Virus record (IMG/VR): IMGVR_UViG_3300047510_002509
Source: a virus
Direction: 5' to 3' (one strand)
Length of the DNA: 64,000 nucleotides
Positions 52,801 to 62,643 of the stretch are shown piece by piece. A program made the position numbers and the translations under genes. Under the pieces are notes generated by a model. It ran no database searches. It worked only from the letters and a program-made list of their open reading frames with translations, and was not told where the DNA came from. Numbering within the stretch: position 1 is the stretch's first letter; each line of letters opens with the position of its first letter.

Positions 52801-55557
52801 ACCAACCTCACCTTGAATACCTTGCTCACCCTGTGGGCCAGTAGCACCTGTTGGACCAACCTCACCTTGAGCACCAGTTGGACCTGGAACTGTGCTATCA
52901 GCACCAGTAGGACCCGTGGCACCAGTTGGACCAGTAGCACCTGTAGGACCTTCAACGGTGCTGTCAGCACCAGTTGGACCTTGCGGACCAGTGATTGCTG
53001 GGCCAGTGGCACCAGTGGCACCTGTAGGACCTATAGGCCCTTGAGGACCCATATCTCCAGTACGTGCAAAAGTAATAATGATGTCTTCATCATTTGAGAA
53101 TGCTGTTGCTAAACCACTTACATAAGAAACTGGAACTGTGAAATATCCAGAATTCTCGGCAATGTTTCCAGTAATAGCAAACAAAGCAAAGTCAGCAGAG
53201 TTTGTTTTATTGCTGATTCGGAAGTGACCCTTAATTGGGCTGGTTGAATCATCAATTGTTCTAAGGAATGCTTGAATGTCGATGGCCCCATCGGACTCAT
53301 CGTCAATAAACATGTATGTGGAAAGTTGAAGGTCTGCAGTATTAAATCGCAGTTTGCCAACACCTGGGTCTGCTTCTGCAGTTGTTGATGAGAATGTGAA
53401 GTCGAAAGATGCTCCACCAAAATTACCAGCTGGTCCTGTCGCACCTGTAGCACCAGTAGCACCAGATACACCTTGCTCGCCTGTCGCACCTGTCGCACCA
53501 GTTGCGCCTACTGCTCCATCGGCTCCTGCGGCACCAGTAGGTCCAGTTGCGCCCACATTTCCTTGAGCTCCAGTAGGTCCAGTTGCTCCCGCTGCTCCTG
53601 TGCTTCCTGCAGCACCTGTAGGTCCAGTCGCACCTGCTTCTCCTTGAATTCCTTGTGCACCTGTTGCTCCTGTTGCTCCCGTTGCGCCTGTCGCACCTGT
53701 GGCACCAGTGTCACCTTTGTCACCAGTACGAGCAAATGTGAGAATTACATCTGCTCCATTTGAATAAGAAGTTGCAAGACCACTTACATATGCAACTGGA
53801 ACTTTAAAATAACCAGAGGCCTCAGTGCTTGCGCCCGTAATTGCAAAAAACGCGTAGTTGTTTGAATCTGTCTTTACCGCAATGCGGATGTGACCCTTGA
53901 TTGTGCTGGTTGAGTCATCGATTGTTCGAAGGTAGTTTTGAATATCAACTGCACCATCAGACTCGTCATCGATGTACATAAATGTTGCAGCACTTAAATC
54001 TGCATTATTAAAACGAACTCCACCAGTACCTGGGTCTGAATCAGTAATTAGTGAGCTAAATGTGTAATCAAGTGTTACTCCACCAAACGAACCTTGTGGA
54101 CCAGTAGGACCTGTTACACCCTCGGGACCTTGTGGGCCAGTAGCACCTGTTACTGATTGACCTGTCGCACCTGTTGCACCTGTAGCACCAGTTGGACCAG
54201 CAACGCCTGTTGCACCCGTTGGACCCTGAATACCTTGCTCACCTGTAGCACCTGCAGGACCAGTTACACCCTGAATACCTTGTTCACCTTGTGGACCTGT
54301 TGCTCCTGTAGCACCAGTCTCTCCCGCTGGGCCTACAGCACCTGTAGCACCTGTAGGACCTGTATCCCCAGTTGCACCTGTTGCACCAACTGAACCTTGA
54401 GCACCTGTTGCACCAGTTGGTCCAACTGGTCCAACCTCACCTGTGGCACCTGTAGGACCTGGCACTGTGCTAGCGGAACCTTGAGCACCTGTTGCACCAG
54501 TAGCACCTGTTGCACCAGTAGCACCAGTTGGTCCTCTATCACCGATATCGCCTGTTCGAGCAAAAGTAACTAAAACATCATCATCAGTATTAAAAGATGC
54601 GGCTAGACCACTGAGATATGCAACCTCAACTTTGAAATAACCACTATCTTCTACATAATTTTCAATTGCAAAAATTGCTGAGTAGTTCGAATCACTCTTG
54701 CGTGAAATTCTAAAGTGACCTTTAAGTTGGCTGGTCGAAGCCATAATTGTGCGCAGAAGATTTTGAACATCAATGCCGCCATCTTGCTCATCGTCAATAA
54801 ACATGTAACTAGCAGAAGCAAGGTCAGCATTATTAAATTTAATTCGTCCAGAACCTGGGTCTGAATCGGTTGTGTTTGTGCTGAACGTCATGTCCAGCGT
54901 TACTCCACCAAACTGACCTGCAGGACCAGTGGCACCTGTAGGACCAGTTACATTAGATGCTGCACCTGTTGGTCCTTGCTCACCTTGAGCACCTGTAGGA
55001 CCAGTAGGTCCTTCGACAGTTGAGGCTGCTCCCGTAGCACCTGTAGCACCAGTTGGACCGACGCTACCTGTTGCACCAGTAGCTCCAGTTGGTCCTGTCG
55101 AACCCGTGCTTCCTGTTGGTCCACCAGCGGGACCCGCTGGGCCTGTAGGACCTTGAGGACCTGCTGGACCGACTTGACCGCGAAGAACGTCGATACCTGC
55201 AGGAGATGTGGTGATACGGTCAACCGTGTCAAGTTTGGTTATATCAATGTCACTGTTATCGCCCTGAGGCAAATAAAATCTAAATTCTGTTGAACGTCTG
55301 CCAGAAATTCTTACTTTTGCAGTCCAATACCAACCGCGGGGGCTGAGGTCTAGGTCATCGGTGCAAGGAAGTTCTACTGAAAAAGAGCCTGTACTGTTAA
55401 GAGTAGCCGTAATTGGGCTAGATACAATAATTGCATCATTTGTGTCTTCAATTCGACTTGATGCTGTAAAGGTGATTGTGCCAGACGCAGGGGAGCCAGA
55501 ACTCTTTAAGTACTGACCAACAACACTTCTTGTGTTTACGTCAGGAGAAAAACTCAT
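49858..55557 (-). CDS. Giant collagen-like protein (1899 aa)
   Basis: Many GPT/GAT tracts, three ~115 aa FGG...TFARTGD domains and several Trp-containing interrupt modules. Confidence 0.88.
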   Translation of the reverse strand: MSFSPDVNTRSVVGQYLKSSGSPASGTITFTASSRIEDTNDAIIVSSPITATLNSTGSFSVELPCTDDLDLSPRGWYWTAKVRISGRRSTEFRFYLPQGDNSDIDITKLDTVDRITTSPAGIDVLRGQVGPAGPQGPTGPAGPAGGPTGSTGSTGPTGATGATGSVGPTGATGATGAASTVEGPTGPTGAQGEQGPTGAASNVTGPTGATGPAGQFGGVTLDMTFSTNTTDSDPGSGRIKFNNADLASASYMFIDDEQDGGIDVQNLLRTIMASTSQLKGHFRISRKSDSNYSAIFAIENYVEDSGYFKVEVAYLSGLAASFNTDDDVLVTFARTGDIGDRGPTGATGATGATGATGAQGSASTVPGPTGATGEVGPVGPTGATGAQGSVGATGATGDTGPTGATGAVGPAGETGATGATGPQGEQGIQGVTGPAGATGEQGIQGPTGATGVAGPTGATGATGATGQSVTGATGPQGPEGVTGPTGPQGSFGGVTLDYTFSSLITDSDPGTGGVRFNNADLSAATFMYIDDESDGAVDIQNYLRTIDDSTSTIKGHIRIAVKTDSNNYAFFAITGASTEASGYFKVPVAYVSGLATSYSNGADVILTFARTGDKGDTGATGATGATGATGATGAQGIQGEAGATGPTGAAGSTGAAGATGPTGAQGNVGATGPTGAAGADGAVGATGATGATGEQGVSGATGATGATGPAGNFGGASFDFTFSSTTAEADPGVGKLRFNTADLQLSTYMFIDDESDGAIDIQAFLRTIDDSTSPIKGHFRISNKTNSADFALFAITGNIAENSGYFTVPVSYVSGLATAFSNDEDIIITFARTGDMGPQGPIGPTGATGATGPAITGPQGPTGADSTVEGPTGATGPTGATGPTGADSTVPGPTGAQGEVGPTGATGPQGEQGIQGEVGPTGATGPTGPQGEIGPTGATGADSTVEGPTGPQGEQGVTGPTGPTGADSTVEGPTGPQGEVGPTGATGEVGATGPQGEQGVTGPQGEVGPTGATGPQGEQGVTGPQGEQGVTGPQGEVGPTGATGPTGSQGIQGVTGPTGATGSQGDPGVGVTILGSYPDLASLQAAQPTGNEGDGYLVNGDLYVWDAIGLEWDNVGNIQGPTGPLGPTGATGATGPTGTQGELGAFAIADSTPPASPDNGDAWFNSNNGKTYVYYDGYWIETGAAPVGPTGPTGPAGLDSTVEGPTGPTGATGPTGYRGITGPTGPEVTGPTGPTGPQGIQGIQGEQGIQGVTGPTGADSQVTGPTGPTGPTGPQGVALNVIGEIATTSLLPASDNNLNDAYVVAADGNLYVWDGSGWVDAGQFVGPTGPDGQFIPKSATPPENPVAGQVWFDTVNGAVFVYYDDFWVEVGTTEFGGATGPTGAQGDTGPTGPQGPQGFSLNLLGNLASSSELPTSGNTTNDAYIVLDTGNLWVWNGSAWEDQGRLVGPTGATGATGPIVTGPTGPQGVGSQAKGYYNTYADFIAGAGATSAEVGDFYVIYEEDTIYIYTSEDGWIEAGALIGPTGPTGADSTVEGPTGPQGDLGPTGPTGPQGTSITMKASVATVGELPSTGNTLNDGRAVDADGDLYVWDGDSWNNVGQIVGPTGPTGPGVTGPTGPASTQPGPTGPTGPFGPTGAKGGVTYIVTSTGDGGSYQVQSLLGGNPTLTAVRGERVYIDVSQVLTSNPFALRLSQFSASTVPGTINNSPTQGRTGASADTTIIYDVPLDAPTQLVYVDVTEPSIGGIIEIVDKIGPTGPSGPTGPTGEPVSNQYVPIAGGITGTPTVFGEYTRYGQDVTFGVRIIYSNSAFSSAQLTVTLPFLPNSVETITAVGFLDIDGSQAGSLYSVKAISQSEGSATMKLYFEGTNGLLTPVTGTAPTTLSTGTALYITGAFVSVPS
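52424..52590. repeat. Exact 27-nt-unit tandem repeats in collagen gene
   Basis: GGACCAGTTACACCTTGCTCACCTTGT and GGACCAGTAGCACCTGTTGGCCCCACTTCACCTTGT units recur exactly. Confidence 0.8.
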
Positions 55558-55662
55558 TCGCGGTGCTCCAGGTCTCGACGGTCTCTACAGGAGACTGCAC
55601 AGGCAAACAGGCTCCTCGACTGTTTTATATTGTACGCTGTCGCGGACATGGCTATCTTTAAA

Positions 55663-56880
55663 TTATGCGCTTCTTGTAGCACATAAAACACTTATATCCC
55701 TTCTTGGGTTATGGTCTCCACCAATAACCAAAGTTAGGACACCGGGGGGTGATTCCAACCCGTGCCTGTCTCTAAACCACGCACTTCCTGGGTCAGTGGT
55801 TGGAGCTTGCAGCCACAAGCGACTTCCCACATCCATGCTTTTGAAAGAATGATAATGCCCAGAAATCCAAACATCACAGGCCCCTAAGGGGGTTTGACCT
55901 GCTGATTGCTCAGATAAATATTTTAAGACATCTCTACCAGTTTGATGTCCGTGAAAAAGACCAAGCATGGTCCCACAAACATTTACAGCTAATGTTTGAT
56001 GCTGCTTTTCAGGGAATCTAAACTCCACATGAGACAAATTATCGTTTTCTGCGCAGGCATCTTGCACAGCGCTTGCGATCTCAACGTTCCAACCATCTGA
56101 TGGGTCTGTTATAACTTGACGACCTGCTTCGTCATGGTTTCCATTTACTACAGGTACAACTATTTTTTCAGCGTAAGGAGCAAAAGCTTTTACCTGAGCC
56201 AACAAAAGACGACGAGCAAGCCTAGTTTGCTCTGTTATACCTAAATCTGATACAGCTTGACCTTGAACTCTTCCTCCTTGAGAAACGGTTCCTTCTACAT
56301 GGTCTCCTGGAAGTGGGATTACAACAGTTCCTATAGGTCTTCCAATTTTTCTCAGCTCTAGAAGTCTCTGTACTCCAGCTTCAGTTAGGTCAAGCAAGCG
56401 TTTTACAGTTGTGTCAGTTCCAACATCTCCTTGCTTTTTTCCAATCTGCTGATCACTTGGAGCAAAAACATATGCAAGCTCTCCAGTAATTTTTTGAGAT
56501 ACTTTTGAAGGTCTCCATTTAGAAACTTCGCTTATTAATTTTTCTAAATCAAAGTCCATCTCCACAGAGGAAGCAGAAGAGGTTGGTGTGAGACTGGCTC
56601 GGTATGCTTCTAGCCATTCACCTCTATGGTTTTGCCACCTTGACCTTCTTAGAGAGCTAATTGACCAATCTTTTGGGTCTAAGTCAAACTCTTTTAAAAG
56701 TTCAACTGCATCTGCGCTATTACCCGCTGGTCTTGGTGTTGATATAAAAAATCCCTCGCCTTTAGACGGGTCTACCTCGAGGCGGGGTCTCCACGATTCG
56801 GGGGTGTTGGAGTCTCTATAATCAGAACCGCTTGGCCCCGGTGAAATTAGCTCAGCGAGTCTGTCTGTTAGAGACGACAT
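55663..56880 (-). CDS. Calcineurin-like metallophosphoesterase
   Basis: SDQQIGK, GDHVEG, GNHDE, HGHQ and GHYH motifs. Confidence 0.85.
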   Translation of the reverse strand: MSSLTDRLAELISPGPSGSDYRDSNTPESWRPRLEVDPSKGEGFFISTPRPAGNSADAVELLKEFDLDPKDWSISSLRRSRWQNHRGEWLEAYRASLTPTSSASSVEMDFDLEKLISEVSKWRPSKVSQKITGELAYVFAPSDQQIGKKQGDVGTDTTVKRLLDLTEAGVQRLLELRKIGRPIGTVVIPLPGDHVEGTVSQGGRVQGQAVSDLGITEQTRLARRLLLAQVKAFAPYAEKIVVPVVNGNHDEAGRQVITDPSDGWNVEIASAVQDACAENDNLSHVEFRFPEKQHQTLAVNVCGTMLGLFHGHQTGRDVLKYLSEQSAGQTPLGACDVWISGHYHSFKSMDVGSRLWLQAPTTDPGSAWFRDRHGLESPPGVLTLVIGGDHNPRRDISVLCATRSA

Positions 56881-57158
56881 CAGTTCTCCTTAATCGCTTT
56901 ATCTCTGCCAGTAAAGCAGCGGCACTGCTGACGTCTATGTAGTGTTATAGATGCAAATGCCACTTCATATCCTTCATCAAGAAGAATTCGGTGAACTTGT
57001 CGATTTGACACTGTCCCTGACTTAGAACGAGTAGAGAAAATTAACTCTAAAGCTTCCTTGTCTTCACCCTCTAGCTCGGTTAGAAGCTTTCCAATGCCGC
57101 AGGGGAGCCCTGGTTCAGAACGTTTAATATCGCGTAGTTTTTCGGCTAAACTCATCAC
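56880..57158 (-). CDS. Small HTH-like protein with C..H..C.C
   Basis: PCGIG...HRRQQCRC. Translationally coupled to the phosphoesterase. Confidence 0.55.
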   Translation of the reverse strand: MMSLAEKLRDIKRSEPGLPCGIGKLLTELEGEDKEALELIFSTRSKSGTVSNRQVHRILLDEGYEVAFASITLHRRQQCRCFTGRDKAIKEN

Positions 57159-57271
57159 AATCCTCCAGTTAAGGTCACCGTAAACTTAACGGTTACTCTA
57201 TACAAAAGGATAACACTAAAAATATAAAATTAATAGTGTTTAGTGTATGGGCGTGTTATAAAAAAGTGTTT

Positions 57272-57670
57272 CTAGGAATTAGGAGATTTCCTGTTTCTTC
57301 GCTTCATAGGTGGTTCAGCCATAGGTACAGTGTCTGGGATTACCACCGCTTGGGCTAGAACTTTAATTATTAAATCTTTGGTTTCGCTAGTTTCCTTGTG
57401 GAGGTCAGATATTTGGGTCTCAAGGGAGCTGGTCTTTCTGGCTACATCTGCTAGGCTAAGCCCCCCATTCGCGTTAGGGTGAATTGGCTCTGTGGCTACT
57501 TCAATTTCTTCGCGTATAATTCGACGGAGTAGCTTTAACCAAAATCTGGTTACTCCAAAGAATGCCCCTGTAAGAGCAATTAGGAACATCAAAATCGCTG
57601 AGACATCGCCGATGTCTAGAGAATTTGGAGTCCCTGGCTCCCACCAAGAGGCAGCCAAGGCTGAAATCAT
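57272..57670 (-). CDS. Membrane protein (holin-like candidate)
   Basis: One N-terminal hydrophobic helix, PNANGGLSLAD motif and a coiled coil. Confidence 0.5.
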   Translation of the reverse strand: MISALAASWWEPGTPNSLDIGDVSAILMFLIALTGAFFGVTRFWLKLLRRIIREEIEVATEPIHPNANGGLSLADVARKTSSLETQISDLHKETSETKDLIIKVLAQAVVIPDTVPMAEPPMKRRNRKSPNS

Positions 57671-57800
57671 TTTTTGGTCCTAACTGTATGGTCTAGTAGC
57701 GAAGACTATGGATATAGTTTATATTAAGTTTTGGCGGACTAGGTTGGTCTAGCGAAAGCCAAAGATGTATATTTGCTACACGCCCAAAATTTTTTGTTGC

Positions 57801-57835
57801 TTGTCTTGACTCTTGTTTTAGAGTTAGGATACTTT
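57801..57835 (+). promoter_or_regulatory. Putative sigma-70-type promoter for primase
   Basis: TTGTCT/TTGACT at 57801-57811, TAGGAT at 57825-57830, and GGAGG RBS before ATG 57860. Confidence 0.4.
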
Positions 57836-57859
57836 TAGTTCTATGACGACGGAGGTTAA

Positions 57860-60463
57860 ATGACGGACAACACCTCCGAACGCCTTGTTAAGGGTTCCTC
57901 ATACTATTCAGAGCTGGGCTGGAGCATTCTTCCTTGCCATGGAATTGTTGGTGGACGGTGTACTTGTAACAAGGGCCATGGAGAACCAAAAGAGGTTGGA
58001 AAACATCCAGCTATAAATGAGTGGAATTTAAATTCAACCAGCAATGCTGAAGTAGTTCAAAAATGGTGGACCGACAACCCTAATTACAACATCGGTGTCC
58101 ACTGCTCAAAGAGCGGGTTTCTTGTAATTGATATTGATCCACGTTCTGGTGGTCCAGACTCATTTATTAAATTTGAAGAACTTGTTGAAGGCGCTCTTCC
58201 ACCGACAGTAGAAGCTTTAACTGGTGTCTACACTGACGACAGAGGTCGTCATGTCCGTGGTCGACACATCTACTACAAGTGCAGTCCATCCGAAGGTCTA
58301 ATCGGTAATTTAAACAAATTAGATTTAAAGGGCATTGACATAAAGCACAACGGTTATGTTTTGATTGCTCCAAGTAGACACGGTTCTGGTCTTAACTATG
58401 AGTGGGCTGAGGGCAAGGCACCTTGGGAAATTGAAATGGCAGAAGCTCCAGAAGAGCTCTTGCAAGCTCTTCGTAAGCAAACCAGAAGAACAAATTTCAC
58501 TCTTGAAAGTGGCAACTGGGATGACATCGAATATGAAAAAGTCGATGTATCAGCCATGCTCGAGCAGGGAATTGATGAAGGTTCTAGAGCTGTAGATGTT
58601 TACAAACTTGTCTGCGCTTTAGCAAATAAATTTGGAACAGATGCAAGTTCAAGACGAATGATTGAATCTGACATGATTAGGTTTAATCACGAAAAAATTC
58701 GTCCACCTTTAGATATAGAAGGAACCAACGGACTTCTACATCACGTACACCGTGCAATTGATTTTGTAGCAGCTAATCCAAAGCTTGCGTACTTAAGTCC
58801 AGAAACTGCAGAGTGGCAAAAACAGCAAGCATTAAGAATTTCTAGCGAGCCTAAAGAAGTTAAAGCATTAACTGGTGTAGTTACTCCTTTACCTAAAGAA
58901 CCAACTATGTTCCCCATGGGGACTGGTCCTATCTCAAGTACGGTGTTGGCTGGTATTGAAGATGGTGATTCTATTGAGCAAGCAACATCACTAACTAACA
59001 TCAACGTACCTAAAGATCCTGATGCACTTAGACTTGAAGATGGTGGAAATGAGAGTAAGCGTTCACTATCTGATACAGGTAATGGTCGTCGTTTAGTAGA
59101 CGTTTTTGGTACTGGCATTCGCTATACGAGCGGCTTAGGTTGGTTTGTATGGAAAGAGGGCTACTGGAAACCAGACAGAGAAGATTTAGAGGTTCACGAG
59201 TTAGCCAAGCGAATCCCACCAATCATTTCTGCTGAAGTTAATCAATATCAAGAATCTCAGCAGGCATCTGTAATTCAGTGGGCTCATCAATCTCGTTCTA
59301 ACTCAAGAATGAAGGGCGCAATCGAGTCAGCTAAATCTGACCCTCGTATCGAAGTACCAGTTAGCCGCTGGGACAATGATGAAAATCTTTTGGGTGTACT
59401 TAATGGCGTAATTGATTTGCGCACAGGTGAGTTGCTCAAGGGTCGCCCAGATTTAAATATCACCAGAAGAGCTCCAGTAACTTATACACGGGGACATACA
59501 AATGTGCGGTGGCAACAATTTTTAGATTTTGCAACTGGTGGTGATAAGGAGTATCAAGACTGGATACAAAAAGCTGCTGGTTACTCAATTACTGGTTCTA
59601 ACAAATATGACATTATGTTTTTAGCTTATGGACCTGCTGGTTCTGGTAAAAACACTCTTGTTGAAGCAATTGTTAAATGTCTTGGTACAGAAGAATATGC
59701 ATGGCCTCTTGATTCTCATATCCTTGCCGCAAATGAAATGAGTAACGGCAATACAGATGCTTATCATTGGGCTCAGTTGCGTGGTAAGCGTATGGTGTGG
59801 GTTGATGAGCTTCCTGACAATGAACGAATCAAAGAAAATGCGGTTAAGCGTTTAACTGGTTCGTCTGTAATATCGGCTCGTTCTCCAGGAGAACAGCCTT
59901 TCACGTTCGAATCCAGAGCAAAACTTTGGGTTACGACAAACCACCGCCCAATCATCACGGATGATGCCATGTGGCGTCGTATCCGTCCGATGCCAATGAC
60001 CCGTGTGCCAGAAAATCCTGATCCTGATTTGAAGGCATACATATTTGACCCTGAAGGTGCACTTCCAGCAGTTTTGTCATGGGCTGTTGATGGCGCTACC
60101 AAACTTCTCGGTTCTTCATCTCGTGATGCATTGGGTTGGTGTACTCAGGTTGCAGAGGCAGCAGAGATGTATCGCAAAAACGAAGACCGAATCGGTATTT
60201 TTCTTTCAGAAGAGACTGTTGAAAACGCTGGTGCTCAGATTCCTATCAAAACCTTATACGGTGTATACCGTCAGTGGAGCGAAGAGCGTGGAGAGCGTCC
60301 AATGACTCAAATTGGATTCCAAAGAAAACTTGCTGAAAGAAACATTGAAAGCTCTGGAACTGGTTCAAGGGCAATAATTAAAGGTAGAAACTTAGTTCCA
60401 AGAGTTGTTCAAACTGCAGAAATTGATTGGCAAGCAGCTAACATTTTTAATAGAAGCTTTTAG
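57860..60463 (+). CDS. Bifunctional primase-polymerase / P4-D5 family helicase
   Basis: Prim-Pol motifs GKHP, VIDIDPR, HIYY, GYVLIAPS. D5_N SDTGNGRRL, Walker A GPAGSGKNT, and WRRI. Confidence 0.92.
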   Translation: MTDNTSERLVKGSSYYSELGWSILPCHGIVGGRCTCNKGHGEPKEVGKHPAINEWNLNSTSNAEVVQKWWTDNPNYNIGVHCSKSGFLVIDIDPRSGGPDSFIKFEELVEGALPPTVEALTGVYTDDRGRHVRGRHIYYKCSPSEGLIGNLNKLDLKGIDIKHNGYVLIAPSRHGSGLNYEWAEGKAPWEIEMAEAPEELLQALRKQTRRTNFTLESGNWDDIEYEKVDVSAMLEQGIDEGSRAVDVYKLVCALANKFGTDASSRRMIESDMIRFNHEKIRPPLDIEGTNGLLHHVHRAIDFVAANPKLAYLSPETAEWQKQQALRISSEPKEVKALTGVVTPLPKEPTMFPMGTGPISSTVLAGIEDGDSIEQATSLTNINVPKDPDALRLEDGGNESKRSLSDTGNGRRLVDVFGTGIRYTSGLGWFVWKEGYWKPDREDLEVHELAKRIPPIISAEVNQYQESQQASVIQWAHQSRSNSRMKGAIESAKSDPRIEVPVSRWDNDENLLGVLNGVIDLRTGELLKGRPDLNITRRAPVTYTRGHTNVRWQQFLDFATGGDKEYQDWIQKAAGYSITGSNKYDIMFLAYGPAGSGKNTLVEAIVKCLGTEEYAWPLDSHILAANEMSNGNTDAYHWAQLRGKRMVWVDELPDNERIKENAVKRLTGSSVISARSPGEQPFTFESRAKLWVTTNHRPIITDDAMWRRIRPMPMTRVPENPDPDLKAYIFDPEGALPAVLSWAVDGATKLLGSSSRDALGWCTQVAEAAEMYRKNEDRIGIFLSEETVENAGAQIPIKTLYGVYRQWSEERGERPMTQIGFQRKLAERNIESSGTGSRAIIKGRNLVPRVVQTAEIDWQAANIFNRSF

Positions 60464-61881
60464 TTTTTAGGACTAAAAACTCGGCCTCCGCCACCTGCTC
60501 TAAAATTAGGCAACCTCCGTGAGGAAAAAGACTTGGCTACCAAGTTACCTCCAACAAATCCTGGTGGAGGTTTAATAAGGAGAGCAGTCATTGCGTGAAC
60601 TAAAGCATCCACTCTGTCTGGAGACTTTTTGGACTCTCCTGGAACCCAAGTTGTCATCTGAGATTCAAGATCAGGAAGATACCCAATATGATGAACACGT
60701 TGTTGTTCATATGCTAGAACGATGGGCTCGGCACGAAGGGCTTTACCGTGTTTTGAGTGCACTTCCAAAACTTTAACATTCGGGTCAATTGCATTAATTG
60801 CATTACGAACTAGTGCTCCACCTTGGTTTACTTCAGCAACAACTGGTGCTCCCCAACGGCGAGCCATCTCAACAACTTTATTTGCCCAGACTTCTGGTGA
60901 ACCAAGAACTGAAGCATCTTCTAATACCCAAGCGTGGCGCTTATATAAATCTCTATCTGCGGTAGAAGCACAAACAACAATCCCACATTCGTCACGAGGG
61001 TTTTCTGCAACAGATGGGTCTACCCCAATACAACGAAGCGGAGCTTGAGGGGGAAGAATTCCTTGTCTAGAACTTTCTATCATCTCCATTGTCCACAATG
61101 TTCCTTCAAGATCTTCAAGCATCTCTCCATAAAGCTCTTGTCGTGCAAGAGAGGTTCCTTCATAAACTCCCATAATGGTGTCTAGATATGTGCCAGATAA
61201 ATTTCCAGCGTTATCCATTGTTGAACCTCTAGTTACAATAACTTTTGAAAGGCTCTTTAAATTTTTTGATTCTTCAATTAATTTATAAAGAAGCGGAACT
61301 CTTTTAGGTGTAGTGGTGCAAACAATTTTTGGTTTTGCACCGAGACGTGTACCAACGCGCAAGTTATCAAAAGCTGTCATACCTGCAGCATCTGGAGTTT
61401 GACGCCATGCGGCAATCTCGTCACCCCATGCGTGTGTGAACTGCGGACCACGAAGAGAGTCTGGCTCATCTGCAGTAAACAATGTTGCAGTGTTTCCATT
61501 AGGCCAAGTTAGACGACGCTTTGATGGTTCATAGTGGGGGCGCTCGGATGGCGGGGAAACATTAATAATTCCCGACTCTCCTTCAACAATAACGTCACGA
61601 ACATCGGCAGCAGTACGAGCTACTAAAGCAAAGCGACGCTGGCCTTCATTTGTGTATTTAGCTTGCTCTCTTACCCACTCAGCTGCAAGTCTTGTTTTAC
61701 CAAAACCACGACCCGCAAGTACAAGCCAGATATTCCAGTCATCGCCTTCGGGAGGAAGTTGTTCAGGTCTTCCCCAAGAACGCCAATCCCATTGCAAAAT
61801 TTCTGGGTCTATATTGGAAAGAACTAATGCTTGCTCTTCTTTAGGTAAAAGGGCAAGCTGCTCCATAAAGCTCTTTCCCAT
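60460..61881 (-). CDS. terL: Terminase large subunit
   Basis: AGRGFGKTR, LRGPQF..AWGDE, RQELYGE, IGVDP and SPDRVDA. Confidence 0.93.
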   Translation of the reverse strand: MGKSFMEQLALLPKEEQALVLSNIDPEILQWDWRSWGRPEQLPPEGDDWNIWLVLAGRGFGKTRLAAEWVREQAKYTNEGQRRFALVARTAADVRDVIVEGESGIINVSPPSERPHYEPSKRRLTWPNGNTATLFTADEPDSLRGPQFTHAWGDEIAAWRQTPDAAGMTAFDNLRVGTRLGAKPKIVCTTTPKRVPLLYKLIEESKNLKSLSKVIVTRGSTMDNAGNLSGTYLDTIMGVYEGTSLARQELYGEMLEDLEGTLWTMEMIESSRQGILPPQAPLRCIGVDPSVAENPRDECGIVVCASTADRDLYKRHAWVLEDASVLGSPEVWANKVVEMARRWGAPVVAEVNQGGALVRNAINAIDPNVKVLEVHSKHGKALRAEPIVLAYEQQRVHHIGYLPDLESQMTTWVPGESKKSPDRVDALVHAMTALLIKPPPGFVGGNLVAKSFSSRRLPNFRAGGGGRVFSPKN

Positions 61882-61891
61882 AAATGACTAC

Positions 61892-62350
61892 CTATCTATT
61901 TCGCTGAAGACTTCTTTGAACTCCATAGTACAGCGGTGCAGCAGAACTTAGACCCAGTTGTTTGGCAAGATTAGAAAGAGAAATTCCAGCTTTGTATTCT
62001 TCTGCTAGCTGGTCGTGATACTTGTCAGTACCTTGTTCTTTTGCAGAACGTACTCTTTGAGCAGCTTGTAATACAACTTCGCCTTTAACACGCTTAGATG
62101 GTTTAATATTGGACACACTGATTTCATTCATAACTACACGACGGCGAACACCTGCATATGCAACATTTAGACGTTTAGCTAGAAGTGGCAAACTTCCCCC
62201 ACGGCCCCTAAATTCAACTAGTAAACGTGTGTACTCTCGGCTTGCATCGTGTGCTGGGCTATTTTGATTTCTTGCCCCATAAGCTTTCTTTGCATCATTA
62301 AGAATTGGTTGAATAAGCTGGGCGTACTGCTCAATAAGCTCGTTGCTCAT
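61892..62350 (-). CDS. Duplicated-HTH DNA-binding protein
   Basis: Two similar units: GGSLPLLAKRLNVAY and GISLSNLAKQLGLSS. Lies directly upstream of terL. Confidence 0.55.
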   Translation of the reverse strand: MSNELIEQYAQLIQPILNDAKKAYGARNQNSPAHDASREYTRLLVEFRGRGGSLPLLAKRLNVAYAGVRRRVVMNEISVSNIKPSKRVKGEVVLQAAQRVRSAKEQGTDKYHDQLAEEYKAGISLSNLAKQLGLSSAAPLYYGVQRSLQRNR

Positions 62351-62423
62351 TTTTATGTCTCCATCTGTGTCTTTGTGTTCAGCGCGTCCTTCGTAAATCT
62401 ATCATAGACACAAGGATAAAGCA

Positions 62424-62471
62424 AGGAGTAGTCAGAAAGTATCTAAATAAACCTTCCTGACTTTTACTCCT
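62424..62471 (-). terminator. Imperfect stem-loop after small membrane gene
   Basis: GGAGTAGTCAG ... CTGACTTTTACTCC inverted repeat. Confidence 0.4.
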
Positions 62472-62643
62472 CGTCTTCTTCCTTTGGATTTCTTAGTCTG
62501 TATGTAATAATCCATATAGCAGCAGACCATACGATGGCGTATCCAACGACGGTTTTAGCTGAGCCATCTAGAACAATCCAAGCAACAAACATGCCCAGAA
62601 GTGTCCAAAGCTGGTCTAGTACATCTCTAAAAAAGTTTTTCAT
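62464..62643 (-). CDS. Small two-helix membrane protein (59 aa, not in ORF track)
   Basis: Manual translation MKNFFRDVLDQLWTLLGMFVAWIVLDGSAKTVVGYAIVWSAAIWIITYRLRNPKEEDEE. Abuts the upstream stop. Confidence 0.7.
   Translation of the reverse strand: MKNFFRDVLDQLWTLLGMFVAWIVLDGSAKTVVGYAIVWSAAIWIITYRLRNPKEEDEE

Noticed and set aside
47655-55232. Many 60-134 aa antisense or off-frame ORFs over the collagen genes
   Set aside because: They are shadows of GGN-CCN-ACN periodicity, lack RBSs, and translate to low-complexity mirror sequences.
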